62,216 nt of DNA, from NCBI GenBank assembly GCA_944358675.1, contig CALVRN010000006.1, positions 1 to 62,216 on the forward strand, read 5' to 3'. The stretch's first letter is position 1, and each line of letters opens with the position of its first letter. The stretch comes from an uncultured Bacilli bacterium. Its GTDB lineage: Bacteria > Bacillota_I > Bacilli_A > RF39 > UBA660. The translations under genes and the position numbers were made by a program. This document shows positions 27,727 to 38,415 of the stretch, piece after piece. The notes under the pieces are model-generated. The model had not been told where the DNA came from. It searched no databases and saw only the letters and a program-made list of their open reading frames with translations.

Positions 27727-30700
27727 CTAACTAACAGTCACTGTTCTAGTTAATGTTGTAACGGTTTCTCCTTGATAAGTAACTTTATAACTAAATGTGT
27801 AACTTTCAGCAGTTTTACCAACTACAGTTTTCCAATTACTAACAGGAGTACCACTTGAATCGGTAACAGTTAAAGTAATTTCACATTCATCAGTAATGTC
27901 TTCACCATCTAAAGTAACAGTAACAGGTTTTACCGGTTCAGTATAAATTGCATTAATATCAAGTGATATATTTGCATCACCATTCAAAGTAGCTTTAACA
28001 TCAGAAATTGCAACACCTTCATAATCCACCTTAACTTCAGTGCCAGAACTTTCAGCTCCACTAAAGTTGGAATAACTTGCCTTAACAACTAAAGTAGGTG
28101 AAGAAGTATTTGGTAATTTAACAGTTGCTGAAGTGCCACTTACAGTTGTAAGTAATGTAAGTTTATCACCAACTTTACTATAAACATTATAAACAACATT
28201 ACCAAGTCTACCACTATTAAATGACATAATATAAGATAAGTAAGTATTTTGATCTTTAGATAAAGCAAATGCTTTTTCTACAAGTGGACTCCAATAACTT
28301 CTATTTAATGCATCAGGGGTATCAATTGCTTTCCAACTTACAGTAGCTCTATTACCACTTACAGTAGCTTTTAAATCAGATACATTGGATAAAGTATTAA
28401 ATCTAGCTGAAACCTCAGTTGGTTTACTATCTTCCTTAAATAATTCAGTAGTTTTCATATCATTTGGAGTATTTTCACTAGGAAGCATTGAATATCCTGT
28501 GTTTCTTTCAACTGTAACTTCTACAACGCTATCTGGTTTTTCAAATGTTACATCTTTATCAAAGAAATTTTTAGCAACAGTTTGGAAAAGTCTTGAATTT
28601 TGACTAGAACCAAATCTATTATAACCATCATTCAAATTTTCATAACCATACCAAACAGCAATTGAATACTCTGAATTATATCCAGCAACCCACAAATCAT
28701 TAACTGCATTACTTGGTAAATTTCTAGCTTCCATAGTAGCTTCATCATAGTTAGAAGTACCAGTTTTAGCAGCAAACTGTGCACCATTAATATTATTATA
28801 TCTACCTAGTGCATCCTGTCCGGTGTCAACTAACATATCTGTAACCATATAAGCTGTTTCAGGACTCATTACTTTTGTTTTCTCATAATCATTTTCATAA
28901 GTTTCTCCACTTTCATCAAATACAACTTTAGTAAATGTATGAGGCTCATTATATGTACCACCATTTCCAAACGCCGCATAAGCAGCTGCTACAGTCATTG
29001 GAGATTCACCAGTATCTTTACCATCACCATAACCACCAATCGCATGAGCTTCATGTAATTTACCATTACTTTGTACTTCTGGAGATAATCCTAATTTAGT
29101 AACAAAATCTTTTATATCTGAATTAGGAACACTTTGGAATGTTTTCAAAGCCGGAATATTTCTAGATTCAACTAAAGCTTGTCTAATAGTAATAATTCCT
29201 TTATATCTACCATCCCAGTTATTAATTTCTGTACCATCACTATAAGTAGTTTTATCATCGATAATTGGATGATCAGTATTCCAATCTAAATATTCTATAG
29301 CCGGGCCATAATCGTATAATGGTTTAGCCGTTGAACCAATTTGCTTATGAATATCAGTAGCATTATTATATGATCTAGCAACAGTTTTATTTCTTCCACC
29401 ACCGATAGCTACAATCTCACCAGTTTTAGTTTCCATAGCAATAATACCTGCTTGAACTTTATCGTTTTCCCAGTCATAATTATATCCATTCATAATAGCT
29501 GAAATTTTATCTTGTTGTTCCCTATCCATCGTTGTATAAATCTTCATTGAATATGAATAAGGATCATAACCAGTTTTATCACTAACTTCTTTAGCAACTC
29601 TATCGATAAATGATTGATATTTTGCATTACTTGTATTTGCACTTTGTCCTTTAATAACAATTTTATCGACTGTCATTTTTTTCGCTATTTCATATTCTTT
29701 ATCAGTAATATATCCATGCCTTTTCATTAAACTTAAGACAACTAATCTTCTAGATTCTGTTTTTTCAGGATTAATGTTAGGATCGTATGAAACAGGTGAT
29801 TGGAATAAACCTGCAATCATAGCTGCTTCTGATAAATTCAAATCTTTAGCCTCTTTGTTAAAATATGTTTCAGCAGCTTGCTCAACACCATAAGCACCAC
29901 TACCTAAATAATAAGAATTAGCATAAAATTCTAAAATTTCTTCTTTAGAATAATTAGGCTCTATTTGGAACATTGAAATATAAATATCAGTAAATTTACG
30001 TTTAATACCGGCAAATCCACTTGACACAGCTGATGTATATTGGTTTTTAGAAACTTGCATTGTTAAAGTTGAAGCCCCACCAGCATTTTGACCTAAAAGT
30101 TGACCAAATGAAGCTTTCATAAAACGAGGCAAATCAAAACCATTATGTTCAAAGAAACGTGAATCCTCAGTTGCTACAATTGCATTAACAAGCTCTTCAC
30201 TCATATCTTCATAATCAATTTTTTGTCTCATCTGAGTACCAAGTTTTGCAAAAACTTCTCCATCGCTATCGAGTAAAGTACTAGCCTCTTTAGAATATAA
30301 TTTATCAGGATTAAATTTACCAGCTGTTACTGCAATAAATATAAAGAAAGCAATACCAGCAATAATACAAATAAGAAAGAAAATCAAAAATCCAAGTAAA
30401 ATCTTTTTGTCTAATTTTTTCTTACCTTTTTTCTTACCTCTACCTTTCTTAGCCATCAAATCACTTCTTTCTTCTAAAGCCACACTTATTTTCTCTGCTT
30501 CATCGCCTTCATCAATTAAGGATGAATCAGCATCTTTTTTCTTAACCTTATTTTCTTTTTTCTTTTTCTCTCTATCATCTAATTTTCCTCGCCATTTTAT
30601 AAATGGAATAAACCAAATCAAATTAACTGCAACAAAAGTAATAAATGCAATTAAAAAATTAACGACAAATATTCCAATAACTAAAATAACAAATGATAGA

Positions 30701-30756
30701 ATGAGTACCAATAAATTAAATGAATCTTTTTTAAAAAAAGCTTTCAAATCTTTCAT
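27727..30756 (-). CDS. ponA: Class A penicillin-binding protein 1A
   Basis: EDSRFFEHNG and GASTLTMQ transglycosylase motifs; GSTAK, SRN, KTGT transpeptidase motifs; downstream of recU. Confidence 0.95.
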   Translation of the reverse strand: MKDLKAFFKKDSFNLLVLILSFVILVIGIFVVNFLIAFITFVAVNLIWFIPFIKWRGKLDDREKKKKENKVKKKDADSSLIDEGDEAEKISVALEERSDLMAKKGRGKKKGKKKLDKKILLGFLIFFLICIIAGIAFFIFIAVTAGKFNPDKLYSKEASTLLDSDGEVFAKLGTQMRQKIDYEDMSEELVNAIVATEDSRFFEHNGFDLPRFMKASFGQLLGQNAGGASTLTMQVSKNQYTSAVSSGFAGIKRKFTDIYISMFQIEPNYSKEEILEFYANSYYLGSGAYGVEQAAETYFNKEAKDLNLSEAAMIAGLFQSPVSYDPNINPEKTESRRLVVLSLMKRHGYITDKEYEIAKKMTVDKIVIKGQSANTSNAKYQSFIDRVAKEVSDKTGYDPYSYSMKIYTTMDREQQDKISAIMNGYNYDWENDKVQAGIIAMETKTGEIVAIGGGRNKTVARSYNNATDIHKQIGSTAKPLYDYGPAIEYLDWNTDHPIIDDKTTYSDGTEINNWDGRYKGIITIRQALVESRNIPALKTFQSVPNSDIKDFVTKLGLSPEVQSNGKLHEAHAIGGYGDGKDTGESPMTVAAAYAAFGNGGTYNEPHTFTKVVFDESGETYENDYEKTKVMSPETAYMVTDMLVDTGQDALGRYNNINGAQFAAKTGTSNYDEATMEARNLPSNAVNDLWVAGYNSEYSIAVWYGYENLNDGYNRFGSSQNSRLFQTVAKNFFDKDVTFEKPDSVVEVTVERNTGYSMLPSENTPNDMKTTELFKEDSKPTEVSARFNTLSNVSDLKATVSGNRATVSWKAIDTPDALNRSYWSPLVEKAFALSKDQNTYLSYIMSFNSGRLGNVVYNVYSKVGDKLTLLTTVSGTSATVKLPNTSSPTLVVKASYSNFSGAESSGTEVKVDYEGVAISDVKATLNGDANISLDINAIYTEPVKPVTVTLDGEDITDECEITLTVTDSSGTPVSNWKTVVGKTAESYTFSYKVTYQGETVTTLTRTVTVS

Positions 30757-31325
30757 AAATTACCTCCAAAATATACATTATCTAAAACTTCTAAATAATC
30801 CACCCTTGGGTTATATTTATCTTTAATTATATATCCATTTTGCTCAAAAAATGAAAGTGGAATAGATTTACGTTCATTTTCATTCAAAAACTCAAGTAAA
30901 ATTTCTATTGGTAGCAAAAAAGTTTTATTAATAACCGTAAACCTAACAATTAAAAAACCAATCCCTCCATGTTTATAAATTCTTTCCAAATGTTTAATTT
31001 GATGGGGATGAATATTACTTAAAGGAAAAGAAGTTTTTAGCTTTGTTTCTTTTGCTTCAAAATCAATATATTTTCCCTTATATATACCATTGTAATCAGT
31101 GGTTGATGGTGTTTTAAAATATCCTTCCTTAATAACTGCTTCAGCTCTCGAAGGATAATTAACTTTTGAAATAGTAATAGGTGTTGGTTTTTTATATATA
31201 ACTGCTATATCATTTACTAGATAATAATCATTGCTAGCTTTTAAATCCGCTTCTAATGTCATTCCTCTATTAGCGTATGTATTTATGTTTTTAAAATTGT
31301 ATCTAGCCCCTATAATTTTTCTCAT
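30753..31325 (-). CDS. recU: Holliday junction resolvase RecU
   Basis: NRGMTLE, KKPTP, STTDYNG, DFEAKET, HQIKHL. Confidence 0.97.
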   Translation of the reverse strand: MRKIIGARYNFKNINTYANRGMTLEADLKASNDYYLVNDIAVIYKKPTPITISKVNYPSRAEAVIKEGYFKTPSTTDYNGIYKGKYIDFEAKETKLKTSFPLSNIHPHQIKHLERIYKHGGIGFLIVRFTVINKTFLLPIEILLEFLNENERKSIPLSFFEQNGYIIKDKYNPRVDYLEVLDNVYFGGNL

Positions 31326-31468
31326 AATAACACCACTATAATTATACTATAATTAAAATAATTTGCCAACTTCAAAGTAAAAAATTAAGAAGTTCTAATT
31401 ATAGCTAGTATTGTCGAATTTATAGCCAAATAAGATTCGTAATGTTATCATAAAAACGGTGAAAATAT

Positions 31469-31555
31469 ATGGATAGAAATAAAATCAATGAAATATTTAA
31501 AGAAATGCTTGAAGATGTAAAGTATATTAAATTAAAATCATACCTAAAAAAATAA
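31469..31555 (+). CDS. Possible 28-aa small protein MDRNKINEIFKEMLEDVKYIKLKSYLKK
   Basis: GGTGA RBS-like sequence upstream of ATG; not in ORF track; divergent from recU. Confidence 0.35.
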   Translation: MDRNKINEIFKEMLEDVKYIKLKSYLKK

Positions 31556-31600
31556 TTCCGTTGCACAAACCACAAATATAGTGTAAAATTTCTCAAAAAG

Positions 31601-32260
31601 GTGGTAAGTTGTATGCTTAAGTATTTTTATATCTTTATAATATATTCTATAATTGGTTGGATAATGGAAGTAACAATAGTTTCTGCTCAAAAGAAAAAAA
31701 TCACAGCTCGCGGTTTTCTAATCGGACCGTGGTGTCCGATTTATGGTTTTGGAGCTTTATTTATAACCTTATTATTAAGAAAATATTATGAAGACCCATT
31801 AGTTCTCTTTATTATGTCATTTTTATTAGGTACAATATTAGAGTATGTAACTAGCTACTTAATGGAAAAATTATTTCATGCTAGATGGTGGGATTATAGT
31901 GATCATAGATTTCATATAAATGGAAGAGTAAGCCTAACAACCTCTTTGGGTTTTGGAACTTTAGGCCTTATATTAGTTTATATTTTTAATCCATTTTTCT
32001 TAAAAATAATAAAAAACGTTCCTACACTAATTTTTAATATTATAATGATTATTATTTTTCTAATTTTTATATCGGATGTAATTACATCATATAAAATAAT
32101 TTCTAAGCTTAAAAAAGATGGTTATGAAAACATTAGAGATATTACTGAAAAAGCCAATGAAGAAGTCAAAAAAGTTCTTAAAAATAAATCTATATTCAAC
32201 CGCCGATTACTTAATGCCTTCCCACACTTAAAATTTATAGGAAATAGGAAAAACAAATAA
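31601..32260 (+). CDS. Putative ABC transporter permease (CmpB/DUF1113-like membrane protein)
   Basis: YSIIGWIME, RGFLIGPWCPIYGFG, RWWDYS. Confidence 0.85.
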   Translation: MVSCMLKYFYIFIIYSIIGWIMEVTIVSAQKKKITARGFLIGPWCPIYGFGALFITLLLRKYYEDPLVLFIMSFLLGTILEYVTSYLMEKLFHARWWDYSDHRFHINGRVSLTTSLGFGTLGLILVYIFNPFFLKIIKNVPTLIFNIIMIIIFLIFISDVITSYKIISKLKKDGYENIRDITEKANEEVKKVLKNKSIFNRRLLNAFPHLKFIGNRKNK

Positions 32261-32323
32261 ACTTTTGCTCCTTGTTTGTAAAATATAAAAATGATATAAT
32301 AAACTAAAGTAGGAGGGGCTAAT

Positions 32324-33484
32324 ATGTTAAAAAAAATAGAAAGAAAAATTCTAGATTTCACTTCTTTACCAAATGTCATCCAAAACATGATTGAAGATAG
32401 TGCCGAAGCTGCATCAGTCATTGATGAACTAATCGAACTAAAAGGTGATACAAATAGTTTAGCCACATTAATATTATTAGATGATATGAACATTAGAGGG
32501 GTTCAAATATATACTTTATATAAAATGTGTGATAAAGATATCGATAAATTTTATAATAAAGTTACAAACATGACAAAAGATGACATAAAAAAATTAAATA
32601 AGCTTTCAGCCCCTTTATGTGTTTATAAAGCAATATTTGAAGGAACAAGTGATGAAAGAACAAAACATCCTGATAAATATATCTTTAAAGAAATTGAAAG
32701 AGAAGAGTTTATAGAACATAAACAAAGTAATGCTATGGAAAAAGACTTATCCACAACAATAAAAATTAATGATGCCTTAGAATTTCTTAAAACTAAAGGT
32801 TTTAAATGTGGATATAAAAAAGAATATATAAATAACCATGACAAAGAAATATACCGTGTATTTTATAATGAATATGGAGATATTCTTTATACAACCTCTT
32901 TAGAAAGTAAAAACATCTTCCTATGGAAGGATTCAAAATTAAAAGTTTTTACCCCAAACGATTTAGCCTATAATCTAGACTTAAAGAATCATCCTTTTAA
33001 AACATATGATAAATTAGAAAAAAGTAATTCAAAAACAATTAACCCTAATTTATTGCCAATAATTAAAACCATAAAAAGCATGAAATATAAAGAAATAAAT
33101 CATACATATACCTCATGTGTTACAGCTGATATTTATGATTTATTATTATTTGAACAAACATATAACGAATTAGATGATAATCTAAAGAAAATATATGAAC
33201 CATTATTAAAAGTTTCAAATGATAAAGCCTACGATGAAATCATAAATCATCTAGCTCAAGATGATGGAATTCAAATAGCTATAAACCTTCAAAATATATT
33301 AGGTTATAGTTTAAATAAATCCAAACTTTTATCAGCTAAAGAACGCTATTGTAAGGCTAGGGGACATAAAGTAGAAAATAAAAACAAAAAATTTGTAAGC
33401 GATTTATTTTCTGATGATCCATATACTAAAAACATGAATTATAAAATTATAAATGTATTGGGTCATGACATAGAAATAGAATAA
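32324..33484 (+). CDS. Hypothetical protein
   Basis: 386-aa ORF with AGGAGG RBS. Confidence 0.8.
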   Translation: MLKKIERKILDFTSLPNVIQNMIEDSAEAASVIDELIELKGDTNSLATLILLDDMNIRGVQIYTLYKMCDKDIDKFYNKVTNMTKDDIKKLNKLSAPLCVYKAIFEGTSDERTKHPDKYIFKEIEREEFIEHKQSNAMEKDLSTTIKINDALEFLKTKGFKCGYKKEYINNHDKEIYRVFYNEYGDILYTTSLESKNIFLWKDSKLKVFTPNDLAYNLDLKNHPFKTYDKLEKSNSKTINPNLLPIIKTIKSMKYKEINHTYTSCVTADIYDLLLFEQTYNELDDNLKKIYEPLLKVSNDKAYDEIINHLAQDDGIQIAINLQNILGYSLNKSKLLSAKERYCKARGHKVENKNKKFVSDLFSDDPYTKNMNYKIINVLGHDIEIE

Positions 33485-33495
33485 CACTTCAGAAA

Positions 33496-34596
33496 TTAAT
33501 CTGAAGTGTTTTCTATATAATAAGCATAATATTCTTCTAGTGTAATATCATCTTCATAAATTATTTTAGCTGCTTCTAACCCGACATATCTATAATGCCA
33601 TGGTTCATATTTATAACCAGTAATATCTTCTTTACCTTTTGGAAACCTTAAAATAAATCCATATTTATAAGCATTATTTTTAAGCCATATAGCCTCATCT
33701 GTTCCTTCAAAAGAATCACTTATCTCATTTAAATCAGAACAAAGTCCACTTTGGTGTTCAGAATATCCTGGTCTAGCCGAATATTTATCAGCCGCTTCTT
33801 TGCCATCTCTTTTAATATATTTATCATATAAATTAACTTGATAATCATAGCTTCTAAAAGCCGACATATTATAAATAATAATATTTTCCAAACGAGCCGC
33901 ATCTACCATCTTCATAAAGGCAGAAGCTGCTTCTTCTCTCATTTTATTATTCGCCCCACGGTTATATTGCCCAGATAATGTAACTAAATCAGAAGGAGTA
34001 TAATCTTCTTTCAAATGATAAAACTTATTAACCAAAATCAAATTATTATCATTTAAATTACTATCATAAATATTGCTATAAAAACCTAAATCTGCTTTAG
34101 AATTCACTACCCCAATAATTTTTTTACTATCTTGATTATGACTATTTCCATAATCTAAATAACGAGCCACATTTTCATTAATATAATATTTTTCTTGAAC
34201 TAACGAAGCAAGTAAACTAGATGCTGGATAACTCATTAAATCATATCCGGAATTAACAATTGTAATAATATCATTTATATTAGATTTCTTATTTTTCAAA
34301 TAATATTCAATATAATCATTAAACTTATTTTCATCGTAATTACTAGAAGATAAAATATCAATTAAACTCTTATCATAACCTAAATTTAAAATATAATCAT
34401 AACTATCTTTAGGAACCTTATCTAAAATAATAGTCACCTCACTAGGAGAATATCCATTATCTTTAAACTTATCTTCGTAATTTAAATCATCTTCATCATT
34501 TTTAAAATATAAAAAGAAGAGTAAAAATAATGAAAGAAATAATATAACTCCTATAATTATCAATATCTTTTTCTTCATATTCTCACCCTTAATCAT
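33496..34596 (-). CDS. M15B D,D-carboxypeptidase (VanY-like)
   Basis: SAFRS, SARPGYSEHQSGL, EPWHYRYVG; N-terminal TM anchor. Confidence 0.93.
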   Translation of the reverse strand: MIKGENMKKKILIIIGVILFLSLFLLFFLYFKNDEDDLNYEDKFKDNGYSPSEVTIILDKVPKDSYDYILNLGYDKSLIDILSSSNYDENKFNDYIEYYLKNKKSNINDIITIVNSGYDLMSYPASSLLASLVQEKYYINENVARYLDYGNSHNQDSKKIIGVVNSKADLGFYSNIYDSNLNDNNLILVNKFYHLKEDYTPSDLVTLSGQYNRGANNKMREEAASAFMKMVDAARLENIIIYNMSAFRSYDYQVNLYDKYIKRDGKEAADKYSARPGYSEHQSGLCSDLNEISDSFEGTDEAIWLKNNAYKYGFILRFPKGKEDITGYKYEPWHYRYVGLEAAKIIYEDDITLEEYYAYYIENTSD

Positions 34597-35542
34597 CTAA
34601 ATAATAAGCGTAATATTCATCATAAGTTAGACCACTATCATAAACCTTTTTAGCAAGATCTTTACCTAAATATCTATAGTGCCAAGCCTCATAACTATAC
34701 CCAGTAATATCCTCTTTACCTTCAGGATATCTCAAAATAAATCCATATTTATAACAGTTCTCACTGAGCCATTTAAATGTCTCCGTATCTGCAAAATTAC
34801 TCATATTAGCCCCAGGAGAGAAGACATCTAGTGAAAGCCCTGTTTGATGCTCAGAAAAGTCAGGTCTAGCCGCATACTTATCCGCATATTCTTTACCTCG
34901 GTTATCTTCATAATCATCATAAATTTCTTTTTGTTCCTCATAAGATCTATATGAAGAATTAACAATTAAAGTATAGCCATCCTCTTTAGCCGCTTCACTC
35001 ATTTCCTTAAAAGCATCATATACATCTTTTCTAATTCTATTATTAGGATAAGCATACCAGTTACTCATCTCAACAATATCATCGGGGGCATATTTTTCTG
35101 GTAAAGAAGTGTATTTATTAACCAATATCGCATATTCCTTATCCATATCAGTTTTTTTAGTGTTAGTATAAGGTTCACTATCTGCTCCAACATTTACCAA
35201 AGAAATAACCTTACTATAATCAACCTTTGTATTTCCATATACATCATCTATATATTTAATATACCTATCATAATTTTTCCAAAGAAAATATTTTTCATTA
35301 ACTAAAGGAATAAAATCATCTTCATAATCATGTTCTATCGCGTAAGTGATATATTTATCATCAAACTTTAAAATTTCTTTAATTTCATCTTCACTATAAC
35401 CAACTTCACCAAGTTTATACTCATCACTTGTATACTTTTTATATAAGTTTATGCCTATTATTATCAAAATAATTAATAAAATAATTATCCCAAGAACAAT
35501 AATAGGACCTTTTTTAATTCTTCTTTTCTTTGTATAATACAT
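34589..35542 (-). CDS. M15B D,D-carboxypeptidase (VanY-like), tandem paralogue
   Basis: SSYRS, AARPDFSEHQTGL, EAWHYRYLG. Confidence 0.93.
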   Translation of the reverse strand: MYYTKKRRIKKGPIIVLGIIILLIILIIIGINLYKKYTSDEYKLGEVGYSEDEIKEILKFDDKYITYAIEHDYEDDFIPLVNEKYFLWKNYDRYIKYIDDVYGNTKVDYSKVISLVNVGADSEPYTNTKKTDMDKEYAILVNKYTSLPEKYAPDDIVEMSNWYAYPNNRIRKDVYDAFKEMSEAAKEDGYTLIVNSSYRSYEEQKEIYDDYEDNRGKEYADKYAARPDFSEHQTGLSLDVFSPGANMSNFADTETFKWLSENCYKYGFILRYPEGKEDITGYSYEAWHYRYLGKDLAKKVYDSGLTYDEYYAYYLDD

Positions 35543-35728
35543 ACCATCACCACCATCATTATATCATTTTTCTTTCATTTATACTATTAAGAAAACCTTA
35601 AATTTATCATTTACACATTGTCAAACATTGTGAGTCTTTGGAGAATGTTACATATCATTATATATGAAGGTAATATTTAGGTAAGATAAGATAACAAAGT
35701 CAATAAATAAAACTCTTCAAAATGTAAA

Positions 35729-35745
35729 TTTACATTTAATTTACA
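35729..35745 (-). promoter_or_regulatory. Candidate WalR-type box
   Basis: Minus strand TGTAAA-TTAAA-TGTAAA matches TGTWAH-N5-TGTWAH, upstream of cell-wall peptidase genes. Confidence 0.35.
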
Positions 35746-35819
35746 TCAAACCAAATTTGCACATTTCACTATACAAAAAATAAAATAAATGGTATAATTT
35801 TTATATACATAAATAGAGG

Positions 35820-36248
35820 GTGGTTATATTGAAATACATAGGTTTAGATTTAGGTACCCGTACACTTGGTGTTTCTATATCTGATACAACAAAAACTATC
35901 GCAACCGCTTATGGAACCATTAGATTTGATGAAGACAATTATGATGAGGCCATAAGTAAACTATCAACTATTATGGAAAAAGAACCTATTGAAAAAATTA
36001 TTTTGGGATTTCCCAAAAATATGAATGGTACAGTAGGACCAAGGGCTTTAGTAACCTTAAACTTCAAAAAAAAGTTAGAAGATACCTTTAAAATACCTGT
36101 TGATATGCAGGATGAAAGGTTATCAACTAAAGAAGCCAGTGGATATATGATAAAGGCAGATATATCTAGAAAAAAAAGAAAACAAAAAATAGATAGTCTA
36201 GCTGCTAATATCATTTTACAAACATATTTGGATAAAAGAAAGGAATGA
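35820..36248 (+). CDS. ruvX: YqgF/RuvX pre-16S rRNA nuclease
   Basis: GLDLGTRTLGVSISD, DERLST, IDSLAANIILQ. Confidence 0.95.
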   Translation: MVILKYIGLDLGTRTLGVSISDTTKTIATAYGTIRFDEDNYDEAISKLSTIMEKEPIEKIILGFPKNMNGTVGPRALVTLNFKKKLEDTFKIPVDMQDERLSTKEASGYMIKADISRKKRKQKIDSLAANIILQTYLDKRKE

Positions 36249-36589
36249 AAAATATGCAAGAAAATGAAACAGTAAAATTCAAAGCGATTGATGATGAAGG
36301 AAGACAATTAGATTGTGAGGCACTATTCTTATTCGAATCTCCAGAAACTAAAAAAAATTACATAGTTTATACAGACCACTCAATTGATAACGAAGGAAAT
36401 ACAAAAGTATATGCATCAATTTATGATCCAAAAGATTTAAAATCTGATGAAAATAATGAATTTGCAGCTTTACCTTTAAAACCAATTGAAACTGAAAAAG
36501 AATGGAAAATAATTGAAACAATACTAAATGAAATGCAATCACAAATTGAATCCGCTAGCAATCCTTCAGCAACTTCTCAAACAGAGTAG
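36245..36589 (+). CDS. DUF1292 protein (YrzB-like)
   Basis: LFLFESPETKKNYIVY, LKPIETEKEW; position between ruvX and mltG. Confidence 0.9.
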   Translation: MKNMQENETVKFKAIDDEGRQLDCEALFLFESPETKKNYIVYTDHSIDNEGNTKVYASIYDPKDLKSDENNEFAALPLKPIETEKEWKIIETILNEMQSQIESASNPSATSQTE

Positions 36590-36598
36590 GTTTTTACC

Positions 36599-37681
36599 TT
36601 GAAAAAAGTTCGTAAATTTAAAGTGGGTAAATTCTTACTCTTTTTATTGCTCCTCATCATAGTATTAATACTAATCTTATTAGGCATTTATAAATATCAA
36701 ACAAGTGCGGTTAGTTCAAATACTGACCCTAAAACAATTACTGTTGATGAAGGAGATAACTATTTTTCGATTGCTAGTAAATTAAAAGAAAAAAACCTAA
36801 TTCGTTCAGAAACATTTTATAAATTATATTTAAAACTTGCTAAACCAGACTCTCTAATTACTGGAGACTATGAATTAAATGAAGCAATGAGTGTTAGAGA
36901 AATAGTCAAAGTATTAAGTGACAAAGATGGTGGAAAAAATAATACAATCAAATTAACATTTAGGGAAGGATTAAATATTACCCAAATGGCGAAAATTGTC
37001 GAAGAAAAGACTGATATCACCGCAAATGAATTCATAAACAAAATAGCTGATAAAACATTTTTACAGAGTCTTCAGCAAGATTATTGGTTCATAACCGATG
37101 ACATATATAATACAGAAATATATTATCCTTTAGAAGGATATTTATACCCTGACACTTATCACTTCGAACCAAGTGAATTAGATATTGAAACAATAGTTAG
37201 AAAAATTTTGGATAATACAAAAGTAAAACTAGAACCATATAAAAATCAGTTGCAAAATGGATCATACAGTATTCATCAAATATTAACTTTAGCATCTATA
37301 GTTGAACTAGAAGCCGTATCCGATTCTGATAGAGCTATGGTTGCTGGAGTTTTCTATAATAGATTAAATAATAATTGGTCATTAGGAAGTGATGTTACAA
37401 CATACTATGCTTCTAAAAAGGCAATGACTGAAAGCTTAACCCAAAGCGATTTAACTGCCTGCAACGGATACAATACAAGATGTACATCAATGATTGGTCT
37501 TCCAGTTGGACCTATTGATAATCCAAGTATTAGTTCTATTAATGCCGCATTAAACCCAACTGAAAGTGATTATTATTATTTTGTTGCTGATACCAATAAA
37601 AAAGTTTACTTTACAAAAAATGCAACTGAACATGATAGAATAATTTCAAAATTAAAGGATGAAGGAATATGGGCAGCTTAG
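36599..37681 (+). CDS. mltG: Endolytic transglycosylase MltG
   Basis: LEGYLYPDTY, LASIVELE, VFYNRL, GLPVGPI. Confidence 0.95.
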   Translation: MKKVRKFKVGKFLLFLLLLIIVLILILLGIYKYQTSAVSSNTDPKTITVDEGDNYFSIASKLKEKNLIRSETFYKLYLKLAKPDSLITGDYELNEAMSVREIVKVLSDKDGGKNNTIKLTFREGLNITQMAKIVEEKTDITANEFINKIADKTFLQSLQQDYWFITDDIYNTEIYYPLEGYLYPDTYHFEPSELDIETIVRKILDNTKVKLEPYKNQLQNGSYSIHQILTLASIVELEAVSDSDRAMVAGVFYNRLNNNWSLGSDVTTYYASKKAMTESLTQSDLTACNGYNTRCTSMIGLPVGPIDNPSISSINAALNPTESDYYYFVADTNKKVYFTKNATEHDRIISKLKDEGIWAA

Positions 37682-38250
37682 ATGAATTAGAAAAATATGC
37701 AAAAGAAAATAATGTTCCAATTATTCAAAAAGATGGACTAAATTTTCTAATAGAATACATTAAAGAAAATAATATTACAAATATTTTAGAAATAGGCACA
37801 GCTATTGGTTATTCTGCTATAAACATGGCTTTAATAAATGAAAACATTAAAATAGTAACCATCGAAAGAAATGAAGAAATGTATAACCTAGCTAAAATAA
37901 ACATAAGAAAATTTAACCTAGAAAACAGAATAACTGTAATATTAAGCGATGCCTTAGAAACCGAAATAAAAGACACCTATGATTTAATATTTATTGATGC
38001 TGCTAAAGCTCAATATACTAAATTCTTCGAAAAATATAAATATAATTTAAAAAAATCAGGAACTATAATAACTGACAATTTAAACTTTCATGGATTAGCA
38101 GCCCACCCAGAAGAAATCCACAGCAAAAATTTAAGAGCCTTAGTAACTAAAATAAATAATTATAAAGATTTTCTAAAAAATAATAAAGAATTCATCACTA
38201 CATTTTATGAAATAGGTGATGGAATAGCGGTTAGTAAAAAAGATATATGA
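37669..38250 (+). CDS. trmR: tRNA 5-hydroxyuridine O-methyltransferase (YrrM)
   Basis: LEIGTAIGYSA, FIDAAKAQY; synteny mltG-yrrM-yrrN-yrrO. Confidence 0.88.
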   Translation: MGSLDELEKYAKENNVPIIQKDGLNFLIEYIKENNITNILEIGTAIGYSAINMALINENIKIVTIERNEEMYNLAKINIRKFNLENRITVILSDALETEIKDTYDLIFIDAAKAQYTKFFEKYKYNLKKSGTIITDNLNFHGLAAHPEEIHSKNLRALVTKINNYKDFLKNNKEFITTFYEIGDGIAVSKKDI

Positions 38251-38415
38251 AAACACATAAAAAACAATCACATACTTTATTTACCCTAAAATACATACTA
38301 AATCTTGACAGTAAATTAAATTTCAAAACGAAAACTATCTAAATAGTTTTCATTTTTTTGTCTAAAAATGTCATACATATGATATAATTGTAATAGTAGA
38401 AAAGGGGTATGTATT

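Noticed and set aside
33496-35542. Vancomycin resistance cluster
   Set aside because: Only two VanY-like M15B peptidases; no vanA/B ligase, vanH, vanX or vanRS
38247-38342. 31-codon ORF overlapping the trmR stop (ATGA)
   Set aside because: No RBS or recognisable motif; runs into a terminator-like region; likely chance
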